DNA of 64,000 nt from an uncultured Candidatus Saccharibacteria bacterium (lineage in GTDB: Bacteria; Patescibacteriota; Minisyncoccia; Phycocordibacterales; UBA12445), in NCBI GenBank assembly GCA_964531375.1, contig CAZHDO010000004.1:147-64146 (forward strand), read 5' to 3'. Below the pieces are notes generated by a model. The model was not told the origin of the DNA and made no database searches. It saw only the letters and a program-made list of their open reading frames with translations. Made by a program: the position numbers and the translations under genes. Positions 49,181-57,779 of the stretch are shown one piece after another (the stretch's first letter is position 1; every line of letters starts with the position of its first letter).

Positions 49181-50857
49181 TTACAAAAGATCTTGTGGTT
49201 TGTAAACTGGACATTCAGAAGAATTATTAATCTGAGCAGGAATCGATACACCCAGGAATCTTAACGCCTGCTCTGACTTCTCAAAAACTAAACCTTTTGC
49301 TTTTAATTTTTTATACCCACTCGATAATTGTTCCAATAAAACCAAAACATTTTGGTCTACACCTGTCAAAACAACCCTCTGTCCTCTTGATTCAATAATA
49401 TTTATTATCTCATCAAGCGCCTCTACCCCATCAGTATCTAAAAAATAAACCTCGCGTAATCTCAAAACAATTGTTTTATATTTTCTGAGATTCGCCTCAA
49501 AACGCTGAATATGCGAACGGCTATTTATATAACATAGCTTACCCTTGAAAAAATATACAAGAACATCAGCATTCTCTTCAATTTCTTTTGGCATTACATC
49601 GCAAACTGACCCAATCATACCATCGTTAAATCTATTAAGCTTCAATTCAAAATGACCCTGAGAAATTCTATCAATAAAAATAAGAAGAGAAACCGAAACA
49701 CCAAGAAGTATTCCGATTATTGGGTCAATTACAATTGTGGCCAAAGCAACAAAGAGAGAAATATAGAAACCAGATCTATCATATAACCATAATTTCTTAT
49801 AATTCTCTTCTTCAACCATTTGAACAGCTACGTACACCAGAATAGCTGCTATTACAGCCAGTGGGATATATTTAAAATAACCAAGAAAGACAAGAGAGAT
49901 AATTGAAATACTTATGACACTTATTACAGAAGAAGTGCTGTGAGTTGCGCCTGTCTTAATATTTAATGAAGTTCTAGCAAGCGCAGCCGTTGCAGGCATA
50001 CCACCAACAAGACCAGAAACAATGTTCGCCAAACCAAGACCAAGCATTTCTTTTCTTTCGTCGTATTTTGTGCCGGTCATACAATCAGCGATTTTTGCAG
50101 AAAGCATTGTCTCTAATATTGCAATAAGCGCCACGACCGCGGCCGTCTGAAGCATGTACATTGAAAAAACGAGATTGGGAACCTCAAAAAAATGAAAGGA
50201 AATGTCACCAAATTTACCACCAAGTGTAAGTAAATTAATAGGGATTATCTGAGATTCACTTAAAAAACCCAAAACAATTCCAACAGGCGCAAGAATTATG
50301 GCACCTGGTAATTTTGGTACATATTTTTTAAACAAAAGAAGCCCGATGAAAAATATTATAAAAACAAAAAACGCAATAAACGAAGTATTGCCCACGTTTT
50401 TAAAAGACTCAATCATATTTTCGAAGAAACTTTCGTGAACAGGAAGACCTCGCAATCCAAAAGCAAAATTAAACTGACCAAGTCCAATTATAAAAGCAAC
50501 ACCTAGTGTAAAGCCGTGAATAACGCTTGACGGAATAAGGATTAGATATTTTTCGAGTTTAAGAACATAGGCGATGATAATTAAAATACCAGAAATTAAG
50601 GTCAACATCGGTAAACCACCTATACCATGCAAGACTACATATGTAGCAACAATTCCAGAGAGAGCCCCAGTTGGTCCAACAATATTATAATTACTTCCGC
50701 CAAAAACAGCAGCCATAAAACCGGCCCAGATCGCAGTAATTATACCAATAACCGGAGTGGCGCCAGAAGAAACAGCTAGAGACACAGAAAGAGGAATGGA
50801 AATAAGAGAAACGGTCAACCCTGACTTTAAATTCTTCTTAATATTTTCAAGATCCAT
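49181..50857 (-). CDS. SulP family inorganic anion transporter with C-terminal STAS domain
   Basis: About 11 TM helices with the SulP signature region; C-terminal STAS. Confidence 0.85.
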   Translation of the reverse strand: MDLENIKKNLKSGLTVSLISIPLSVSLAVSSGATPVIGIITAIWAGFMAAVFGGSNYNIVGPTGALSGIVATYVVLHGIGGLPMLTLISGILIIIAYVLKLEKYLILIPSSVIHGFTLGVAFIIGLGQFNFAFGLRGLPVHESFFENMIESFKNVGNTSFIAFFVFIIFFIGLLLFKKYVPKLPGAIILAPVGIVLGFLSESQIIPINLLTLGGKFGDISFHFFEVPNLVFSMYMLQTAAVVALIAILETMLSAKIADCMTGTKYDERKEMLGLGLANIVSGLVGGMPATAALARTSLNIKTGATHSTSSVISVISISIISLVFLGYFKYIPLAVIAAILVYVAVQMVEEENYKKLWLYDRSGFYISLFVALATIVIDPIIGILLGVSVSLLIFIDRISQGHFELKLNRFNDGMIGSVCDVMPKEIEENADVLVYFFKGKLCYINSRSHIQRFEANLRKYKTIVLRLREVYFLDTDGVEALDEIINIIESRGQRVVLTGVDQNVLVLLEQLSSGYKKLKAKGLVFEKSEQALRFLGVSIPAQINNSSECPVYKPQDLL

Positions 50858-51080
50858 AGTATTTTAAAATTCTATTTTATTAAATTAACAACATAGAAAG
50901 CTAAACTGCGCTAGTTTTTTACTAACGATATGATATAAACCGGGCTTCATTATTACACCTGAAATAATTTTCGTACAGTGGATATCTTCCAAAACACCTC
51001 GAAATGCAACACAAAAACACACATAAAAATAAAAACAAATTTATTTTATTAAAGACAACAAGAAACAATGGACTATTAAA

Positions 51081-54000
51081 CTACACTAAATAAGTATCAT
51101 CGGTGACATTATATCCATTAAAATCCGAACCACCGCCTGGCGTGTCCCAATTACCAACTAAAGAAATTTTTTTTAAATTCTTACTTTTTTCATCGAGGTA
51201 ATTATAAAGATTAGGCCTATTTGTAGAGGCACCCCCAGAATGGTCGTCTATTACAATCGCAAGTTTTCTATCTAGACCATCAGCTATTTTTCTAAAATAA
51301 GAAATCGTTTTGTCAAAAAAGTCACTGACAGATAGGGAATTTATAACATTTTCTAGTGGATTTAATCCTCTAATCACAAGAAGAGGTGTACCATCTCTTC
51401 CCTTAGTTTCAATAAGAATACATGCACCCGCCAACCTCTCATATTTTGTTCCCCTATGTTGCACCATAATCACAGCAGAAAAATTTGGGAATTGTGCAGA
51501 AATAGAGTCGTATTTTTCATTCCAACACGCATCGGCAATGTGCCCAGAAAACTCCATCAGCAAACCACGCGTCGGTATAAAATCAAAAGAGGTTGTTCCT
51601 ATATTTTCTTGATTTTGTGCCCTGAAGTACTCTTCCTTCAAAGCGCTTATGTTTATCAAACTATCAAGGGCCTTTTTTGAATTTTTGTCTTTAAAATATT
51701 TTTTCCATGTTTCTTCATTAACTATATGCTCAACAAAATTTACCACAACACCAACGTCTTCAAAACTTGGCTTATCTTTTTGTAATATATCGCTAATTTT
51801 ATCTCTATGATTTCTATGTTTATGAAGCGCCATAAAAAACAATATTTGTCTTAATGACTCCAAAAATTCTTTAATTTCTGCCATTTTGACGAAATTTTTT
51901 TCGAACTGCCTAATGTCTCGTAGGTTTAATGAATTTAAAAAATCTAGCTTAATTCTCAAATTTTCCAATGCTTTCGGATTTACTGTACTATTTATTTTTA
52001 TTTGCAAATCAGATATTACCTCAGAACGCTTTTCTTCTAACCCCTCAACTAAAAAAGAAAGCGGTGCCTTTTCTTGCAAAAGATAACCCGATTCTAATAT
52101 AGAATTTTTAATAGTTTCGTAACGTAATAAAAACTGTTCTGAATATTTAAATTTCTGTTGCGCATCCTTGTTAACCTTATTAATCTTCACCTCACCAGAA
52201 CTAACATACTTATCTCCAACTGGAACATATTCACCATGCTCCTTAAGCCAGGTAAATTCTCTTACTACTTCTTCAAAACTATTAACTTTATTCGGATAAC
52301 CATCATCATCCATGTAATTACCGAACTCGCTAGAATCAAATCGAACATAAGATTTAAGGTATTGAGCAAAAAACTCATTTTTTTCCAAAATTTTTTCATC
52401 AAAGTCTTGAGTAAGAACCTCCGCTTTAAACTTTAAAATTCGCTCGCGCAATTGCGACATCCCAGCCTCCCCCATTTTTGTAAGTCCAAAAGTTAAAAGT
52501 TCTTGCTCTGAAAGCTCGCCATCTTTAAGCCTTCTTACAAATTTATATAAATCAACCGTAAGGTAAGTATCAAAAAGCTCGTTACAGAATAATATTTCTT
52601 TGTCGAGTGGAGGGTTAAAATATTCCGACATTTCTACAAGCCTATCTAAGTTCTGTGTGGTGTTAATATTTTCAACACCCTTCTTGTAAACTTCCTCGCA
52701 AACACTACGATCAAAATTTATTTTACCACTCAGAGATTTAAAGTTATCAATAATAGCACGCCACTCACCCGCCCTCGAAGATTGCGCAATAATATCTTCA
52801 TAATTTACTCCCTTAAGATTATTCAAATGACTTATTAAATCCTTAAATTTACCATCTCTTATGGCTATGCCTACTATCTTTCTATGGTCTAAATTTGGAA
52901 ATTTATCTAAACTATACAATATATCAGCTACACCACCGCTATTAATTACCTCCTCTCCTACTTCATTAATATTAACATCCAAAAAATAATTAATGTTACT
53001 ACACAAAGACCTAAAAAATGATTTTTTAATTAACATTTCCACAAGCTTTCTGTCTAGGGCGAATTTCTTTTCTTTCCAACTTGAAATAAAATCATATTCA
53101 TTTTCACGTTCCAAATACCCCAAAGCTTTTTCAAAATCATTAATTGTGAGATCTTTGAAAATACTCAACTTACAAGCAGCTTTCTTCGGATTAGCTTCTA
53201 GCAAATATTTAAATATTTTAGGAAATTTTCTAAATTGCCAACCCTTTTCGAGCACGTAATCGACACCAGCATACTGTACTATCTTTTTTGATAATTCTTC
53301 ATCAACTTTATAATATTTCGCAAAAAAATCTATATCCTCCTCCTTAACTCTTTTTATAGTTAAATGCAAAATAACATCTTTATCAATTTTATTTATTAAG
53401 TATTTTGTTAATTTTTTTGGATATTTTTCGGCCATTTTTCCTAAAATGTCCTCAGGAATTTTTTCGCACCATAATTTTGGCAAATATTCCAAACCCTCAA
53501 CCATTATCTGTAATTCATTATGTTCAAATATTTTTTTATATGATTCTGCAACATTAATATCTTTAAAATTATTCAATAATTCAAAATCTTTTGCCTCAGC
53601 AAAAACAGCGTTATCTAATATTTTTTTCCAATATTTTTTATTAATATTATTAATATGCCCAAAGAGAGAAGGCGTATGCTTGTATAAAATACACAAATCA
53701 ATTAATTTTGATTCACTAATTTGACTAAAACTAGCCGTGTTTTGAAAAATTACTTCTGGGTGATATCTAGCAAACCAATCAACCACAAAATCGTCAGAAA
53801 TAGCACCAAAAGCCTTAACCAGATTATCCAAAGAACTTTTATAACTTACTCCGTACCTTAAACTATTAATAATTTCTCTATGCGATTCACTGGGTATTTT
53901 ACCCATCTTATCTATATGCTTTAAAAAATATTGAACATCTTTTTTAAGTAAAGCGCTTATTATTTTCATCTTAAGCGGTTTTGGAATTATTTCATCTATT

Positions 54001-54251
54001 TTAAGACGACTATCATCATCAACCTTTTCACCAAGAAAAAAAGAAACCAAAGGGCCTATTAAACTACGCAGATCATATTTTTCCGCATTTGAAATTTTCA
54101 ATGATTTTATTTTTGATTCAGACAATATTTGAGATATTTTTTGAAAAATTTCTTTATTAATCGATTCTTCTGATTCAGGTAACACAACGACTTGTTTCTT
54201 CTTAAAAGTATTATTATTTTTTATATTTTCCATTTTATTTAAAATTATCAC
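51081..54251 (-). CDS. large (1056 aa) hypothetical cytoplasmic protein
   Basis: Long ORF with no recognisable motif; K/E-rich helical repeats and a distinct C-terminal ~200-aa domain. Confidence 0.4.
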   Translation of the reverse strand: MIILNKMENIKNNNTFKKKQVVVLPESEESINKEIFQKISQILSESKIKSLKISNAEKYDLRSLIGPLVSFFLGEKVDDDSRLKIDEIIPKPLKMKIISALLKKDVQYFLKHIDKMGKIPSESHREIINSLRYGVSYKSSLDNLVKAFGAISDDFVVDWFARYHPEVIFQNTASFSQISESKLIDLCILYKHTPSLFGHINNINKKYWKKILDNAVFAEAKDFELLNNFKDINVAESYKKIFEHNELQIMVEGLEYLPKLWCEKIPEDILGKMAEKYPKKLTKYLINKIDKDVILHLTIKRVKEEDIDFFAKYYKVDEELSKKIVQYAGVDYVLEKGWQFRKFPKIFKYLLEANPKKAACKLSIFKDLTINDFEKALGYLERENEYDFISSWKEKKFALDRKLVEMLIKKSFFRSLCSNINYFLDVNINEVGEEVINSGGVADILYSLDKFPNLDHRKIVGIAIRDGKFKDLISHLNNLKGVNYEDIIAQSSRAGEWRAIIDNFKSLSGKINFDRSVCEEVYKKGVENINTTQNLDRLVEMSEYFNPPLDKEILFCNELFDTYLTVDLYKFVRRLKDGELSEQELLTFGLTKMGEAGMSQLRERILKFKAEVLTQDFDEKILEKNEFFAQYLKSYVRFDSSEFGNYMDDDGYPNKVNSFEEVVREFTWLKEHGEYVPVGDKYVSSGEVKINKVNKDAQQKFKYSEQFLLRYETIKNSILESGYLLQEKAPLSFLVEGLEEKRSEVISDLQIKINSTVNPKALENLRIKLDFLNSLNLRDIRQFEKNFVKMAEIKEFLESLRQILFFMALHKHRNHRDKISDILQKDKPSFEDVGVVVNFVEHIVNEETWKKYFKDKNSKKALDSLINISALKEEYFRAQNQENIGTTSFDFIPTRGLLMEFSGHIADACWNEKYDSISAQFPNFSAVIMVQHRGTKYERLAGACILIETKGRDGTPLLVIRGLNPLENVINSLSVSDFFDKTISYFRKIADGLDRKLAIVIDDHSGGASTNRPNLYNYLDEKSKNLKKISLVGNWDTPGGGSDFNGYNVTDDTYLV

Positions 54252-54357
54252 TTAATTATACACAAAATATAATCAAAAAAACAATACAAAAAACACATAT
54301 AAAAATAAAAAACCACCTAAATTAATAGATGGTTTTTTGGTTTTTCTCAGTTAAATT

Positions 54358-54975
54358 TTATTTAAGCAATTCTTTCTTGTGTTCCTCGAATTCTTCCTTA
54401 CTCAACTCCCCTTTTGCGTAGCGTTCTTTTAAAATGTCGACGGGAGACTTATTGTTTTGTGAATCATCACAAATTTCTTTTTTACCTCGAGTAAGCCTCA
54501 GAACAACTCTCACAATGATATACAAAACAATTAAACCAAAAACAAAAGAAATAAGAGACATAAACCAACCAATTATACCCATCATTCCGAGATAGCCACT
54601 ATAGACCCCACTGTAATCTGGAATATTAACCTTCCCCGCAGTCATACCCTGACCCACCTCTACGCCAGGAATCTGACACGCGGTGAAATACTTACCCATT
54701 AATGTCGTAAAATCAGCATCGCTCATTGTGCCCTTATACTGTTTAACATAAACATCCATAGCACCTCTTTGAGCCTCTGGCATCTGAGTTAAAACGTAAT
54801 CACCAACCGCATTAAAATCAGTATCTTTTAAATCAGCACACTTAGTCTGGCCCATTATAAACTTCTGGTAAATCTCCAATCCTGGCCCACCGGTACCTAC
54901 CGCATAACTAAAAGAAGGCAAGATAAGTGATATAATAAGCACTAAATAAACAATTACTCCAGAAAACTTATTCAT
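54358..54975 (-). CDS. secreted/membrane protein with C-terminal SHOCT domain
   Basis: Signal peptide and an internal TM helix; C-terminal ILKERYAKGELSKEEFEEHKKELL (SHOCT). Confidence 0.5.
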   Translation of the reverse strand: MNKFSGVIVYLVLIISLILPSFSYAVGTGGPGLEIYQKFIMGQTKCADLKDTDFNAVGDYVLTQMPEAQRGAMDVYVKQYKGTMSDADFTTLMGKYFTACQIPGVEVGQGMTAGKVNIPDYSGVYSGYLGMMGIIGWFMSLISFVFGLIVLYIIVRVVLRLTRGKKEICDDSQNNKSPVDILKERYAKGELSKEEFEEHKKELLK

Positions 54976-55106
54976 TTTATAAAAATTATTTATAATAGCT
55001 TAATTTTATAGAGTATTAAGCGGAAAGTAAAATTATTTATCTAAAAAACTAGTTTCACTTGTTTTTAAATAATAAAAAAATTTAATATTAGATCACACAA
55101 TGGCAG

Positions 55107-55832
55107 CTATGTAACCATAGCTATAAGTTTTTCTTTCCAACCGTTTAAGAATTTATTTCCAGGGCAAGTTGTTTTGAGATTAACTTCTCTGTGTCCCTTA
55201 ATATTTTCTGGACTAATTCGTGGATAATGTTCTTTAATAAGTTTTACAATCGCCGAAAGAACAAGATCGGACGGTGATGAGTTCTCAAAGTCATTATCCA
55301 AACATATTGCGACACTCCGGCAATTCACGTCCCAATTTCCAGCTTGCCAGCCGATTTCACCATCACCCAGCAATCTTTCAACAGAACCATCCATTCTTAC
55401 TAGCCAGTGGTAGGCATAAAAAACTTGTTCACTATCCTTAAAATGATTTGAATAGATTGCTTGTCCTTTTATATGTCTTTCTTTTTCATACAAGGTTGAA
55501 GCGTAATATGTCGCATAAAGGCGAATCAATTGCATTGCACTTAATCTTTGCCAAGTAATACCTGGTGAATTTTTAGTGTGGTGAATTACTATGATATCAA
55601 CGGATTTTCTTTCCTCATCCCAATTTGGACCATCTTTTCCTAATGCGATGCTTTTATTTTTAATATGGCGCTCAAAAAACTGGTAGAGTTCCTCCTTTAT
55701 TTCTTTTGACATCTCCAAACTACTTTCCTCAGCCTTCTTTATTAAATTTTTGTAATCGTCGGAAATTTGCAAATACCAATCGTTGTATTTTATAGCTTTT
55801 ATCCATTTGTTTTCATCAAAATATTTCGCCAT
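55107..55832 (-). CDS. N-acetylmuramoyl-L-alanine amidase (Amidase_2/PGRP fold)
   Basis: VDIIVIHHTKNSPG and C-terminal GHREV...TTCPG Zn-ligand pattern. Confidence 0.55.
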   Translation of the reverse strand: MAKYFDENKWIKAIKYNDWYLQISDDYKNLIKKAEESSLEMSKEIKEELYQFFERHIKNKSIALGKDGPNWDEERKSVDIIVIHHTKNSPGITWQRLSAMQLIRLYATYYASTLYEKERHIKGQAIYSNHFKDSEQVFYAYHWLVRMDGSVERLLGDGEIGWQAGNWDVNCRSVAICLDNDFENSSPSDLVLSAIVKLIKEHYPRISPENIKGHREVNLKTTCPGNKFLNGWKEKLIAMVT

Positions 55833-56089
55833 AATTAAAATTATATTACATTCAATCGATTCTTAAAACCGTTTGATTACTTAATAAAATTAGGAACAAA
55901 GAGTGGGATTCGGTCACGGATATTTTTTTGCAGAAAAATTCCTCGAAGTCCGTCAGTTGCGACGGACACCTGTAGACGGCCCACACAGCTCCTTTTCTTG
56001 CAGAAAGGGACCCGCTTCCGTCTTTCGAAGCCCACCTTCTCGCGCAAAATACAGTCATAAAACGCTTTCTCATTTTATTCATTATTTTA

Positions 56090-56176
56090 CGGAGAGAGTG
56101 GGATTCGAACCCACGGTTCCGATAAAGGAACGACAGTTTAGTAAACTGTTGATATAAACCACTCATCCATCTCTCC
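56090..56176 (-). tRNA. type II (long variable arm) tRNA, Ser-like; anticodon reads ACU in my fold (unusual)
   Basis: Minus strand: acceptor GGAGAGA/TCTCTCC; D-stem GATG/TATC; anticodon stem ACAGT/ACTGT; loop TTACTAA; long variable arm CGTTCCTTTATCGGAACCG; T-arm GTGGG-TTCGAAT-CCCAC. Confidence 0.7.
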
Positions 56177-56249
56177 AGATGATTTAGACAATATACAATA
56201 TATTAAAAAATAATTCTAGAAAAAACGAGGGTAAATAATTTAGTAAAAT

Positions 56250-56525
56250 TTATTCAACAATATCCATATTAACAATCATCCCTTTAGGAATAAAATAAAA
56301 AGTTGGGTCTTTTTGAGGGTGTTTTTTGTTTGTTTCAATATTAATAGTTTTAGGGTCTTTGATAATTATCCCCTCTTCGGAATCTTGAACCAAAACACCA
56401 TTAGTTTCCATTTTAGTAAGCTTGGCATTATTTGTGTTTTTCGATTTAGAAAAAGACCTATCAGCTGGATATATAACAACAGCGTCGTTCCATAATATTT
56501 TTACTTTCTTTCCTATATTACTCAT
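56250..56525 (-). CDS. hypothetical protein (tandem paralog 2)
   Basis: Shares the ILW(N/R)DA motif with the adjacent ORF. Confidence 0.3.
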   Translation of the reverse strand: MSNIGKKVKILWNDAVVIYPADRSFSKSKNTNNAKLTKMETNGVLVQDSEEGIIIKDPKTINIETNKKHPQKDPTFYFIPKGMIVNMDIVE

Positions 56526-56832
56526 TATAATTACCTATTTTTCTAAATTCTAAAATCGTTTTTCCTGGCACGATAAAACCATCTACCATAGACATAGCGC
56601 CAGTCTTATCATCATAAGAAACATTGGTCGCAATCACAGTATAATCATCATTTGTTTCCATAATAAAGCCTGTGGTTAATTGCGGTAATGGTAAAATTTC
56701 CGGCATTTTTTGCATAAAGGTATAAGAAGCATCTCTCCATAAAATAGTACAAATTGGATCATTTTTCTTTTTCATATGCGTAAATATAACACAAAAAATC
56801 AAAAACGCCTTTAGCCGGATGGATTCGGTCAC
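56518..56832 (-). CDS. hypothetical protein (tandem paralog 1)
   Basis: TILWRDASYTF...; overlaps the next ORF by 8 nt. Confidence 0.3.
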   Translation of the reverse strand: MTESIRLKAFLIFCVIFTHMKKKNDPICTILWRDASYTFMQKMPEILPLPQLTTGFIMETNDDYTVIATNVSYDDKTGAMSMVDGFIVPGKTILEFRKIGNYNE

Positions 56833-57040
56833 GAGTTACTAAGTCTGCTCACACTGCTTTGCAATATTGTGCGGACTAAGTACTCTCGATCCTTACAGGA
56901 TCAGTACACCTTTTGGACTTTTTCATTCGCTTTGCTCTAAAAAATTCTCAAGAAGGTTCTTCGCTATTCGCTTTCGCGGCTCAGCCCGCCTCGCCCCCCC
57001 CCTTTTTCTTGCAGAAAGGGGCCCGGCTGTGGCTTTCGAA

Positions 57041-57090
57041 TCCATCCAGCACTCGAAATTAACCACTAAAATATTTCATATTTTAGTGGT
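57041..57090. repeat. perfect long hairpin (19-bp stem aaattaaccactaaaatat / atattttagtggttaattt, loop ttca)
   Basis: Exact inverted repeat read directly from the sequence. Confidence 0.8.
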
Positions 57091-57365
57091 TAATTTCGGA
57101 GCCGGATGGAATTTCTCTCCTTACAGGAGCAGTATCACAGATATTTTTCTGCAGAAAAATTCTTCGACCCCAACTCACTCGTCTTCACTCGCTCCGTCTT
57201 TGAAATGCTACCTGTCGTCGCATTTCAACCCCGATGGATTTTCTCTACGTCCTACGGACTATAAAAAATGCTCATCGGGGCTTCGAATCCATCTCGCAAG
57301 ACATTTAGTATGTCTTGCTCGGCTCCATATTTAAAAAAACCGCAATATCGCAGTTTTTTTAAATA

Positions 57366-57452
57366 CGGAGCCGGATGGATTCGAACCATCGAGGGCTTTT
57401 ACACCCTGCCTCTTTAGCAAAGAGGTACGTTAGACCACTCTGACACGGCTCC
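57366..57452 (-). tRNA. tRNA-Ser(GCU), type II
   Basis: Minus strand: acceptor GGAGCCG/CGGCTCC; anticodon stem CCTCT/AGAGG; loop TTGCTAA (anticodon GCT); long variable arm; T-arm GATGG-TTCGAAT-CCATC. Confidence 0.8.
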
Positions 57453-57779
57453 ACTTTATTTGATTATTAACTTAAAACAGCATTCTGGCAAAGAGGTACG
57501 TTAGGTCACGGATATTTTTCTGCAGAAAAATTCCGCTATCCTTACAGGATCAGTACACCTTTTGGACTTTTTCATTCGCCTTGCTCTGAAAAATTCTCAA
57601 GAAGGTTCTTCGCCTTTCGCTTTCGCGGCTCAGCCCGACTCGTTCACCATTACTCTCGCCCTTAATTTGCTTCAAGTATTCGCAAATTAACACTCTGACA
57701 CGGCTCCACTTTATTTGGTTATTTTCCTCAAAAACCTTGACTAGTATAGACTAAAACGTCCTTATCTACAAGCTTATGG

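Noticed and set aside
55852-56166. Track ORFs 55852..56166 and 55903..56157 overlapping the tRNA at 56090..56176 and the tRNA-fragment repeats
   Set aside because: The region is explained by the tRNA and repeated non-coding units. The ORFs have no coding features.
57230-57330. tRNA-like string cggggcttcgaatccatctcgcaag... considered as a third tRNA
   Set aside because: No acceptable cloverleaf by hand. The T-loop-like TTCGAAT is not flanked by a pairing stem, so it is probably a decayed fragment.
56867-57334. Track ORF of 155 aa through the tRNA-fragment and direct-repeat region
   Set aside because: It is built from the ~104-bp direct repeat and palindromes, so it is non-coding.
57324-57352. 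A7-ccgcaatatcgcag-T7 as a bidirectional terminator
   Set aside because: The central 14 nt is not self-complementary, so no stable stem forms. It is just an A/T-run flanked segment.
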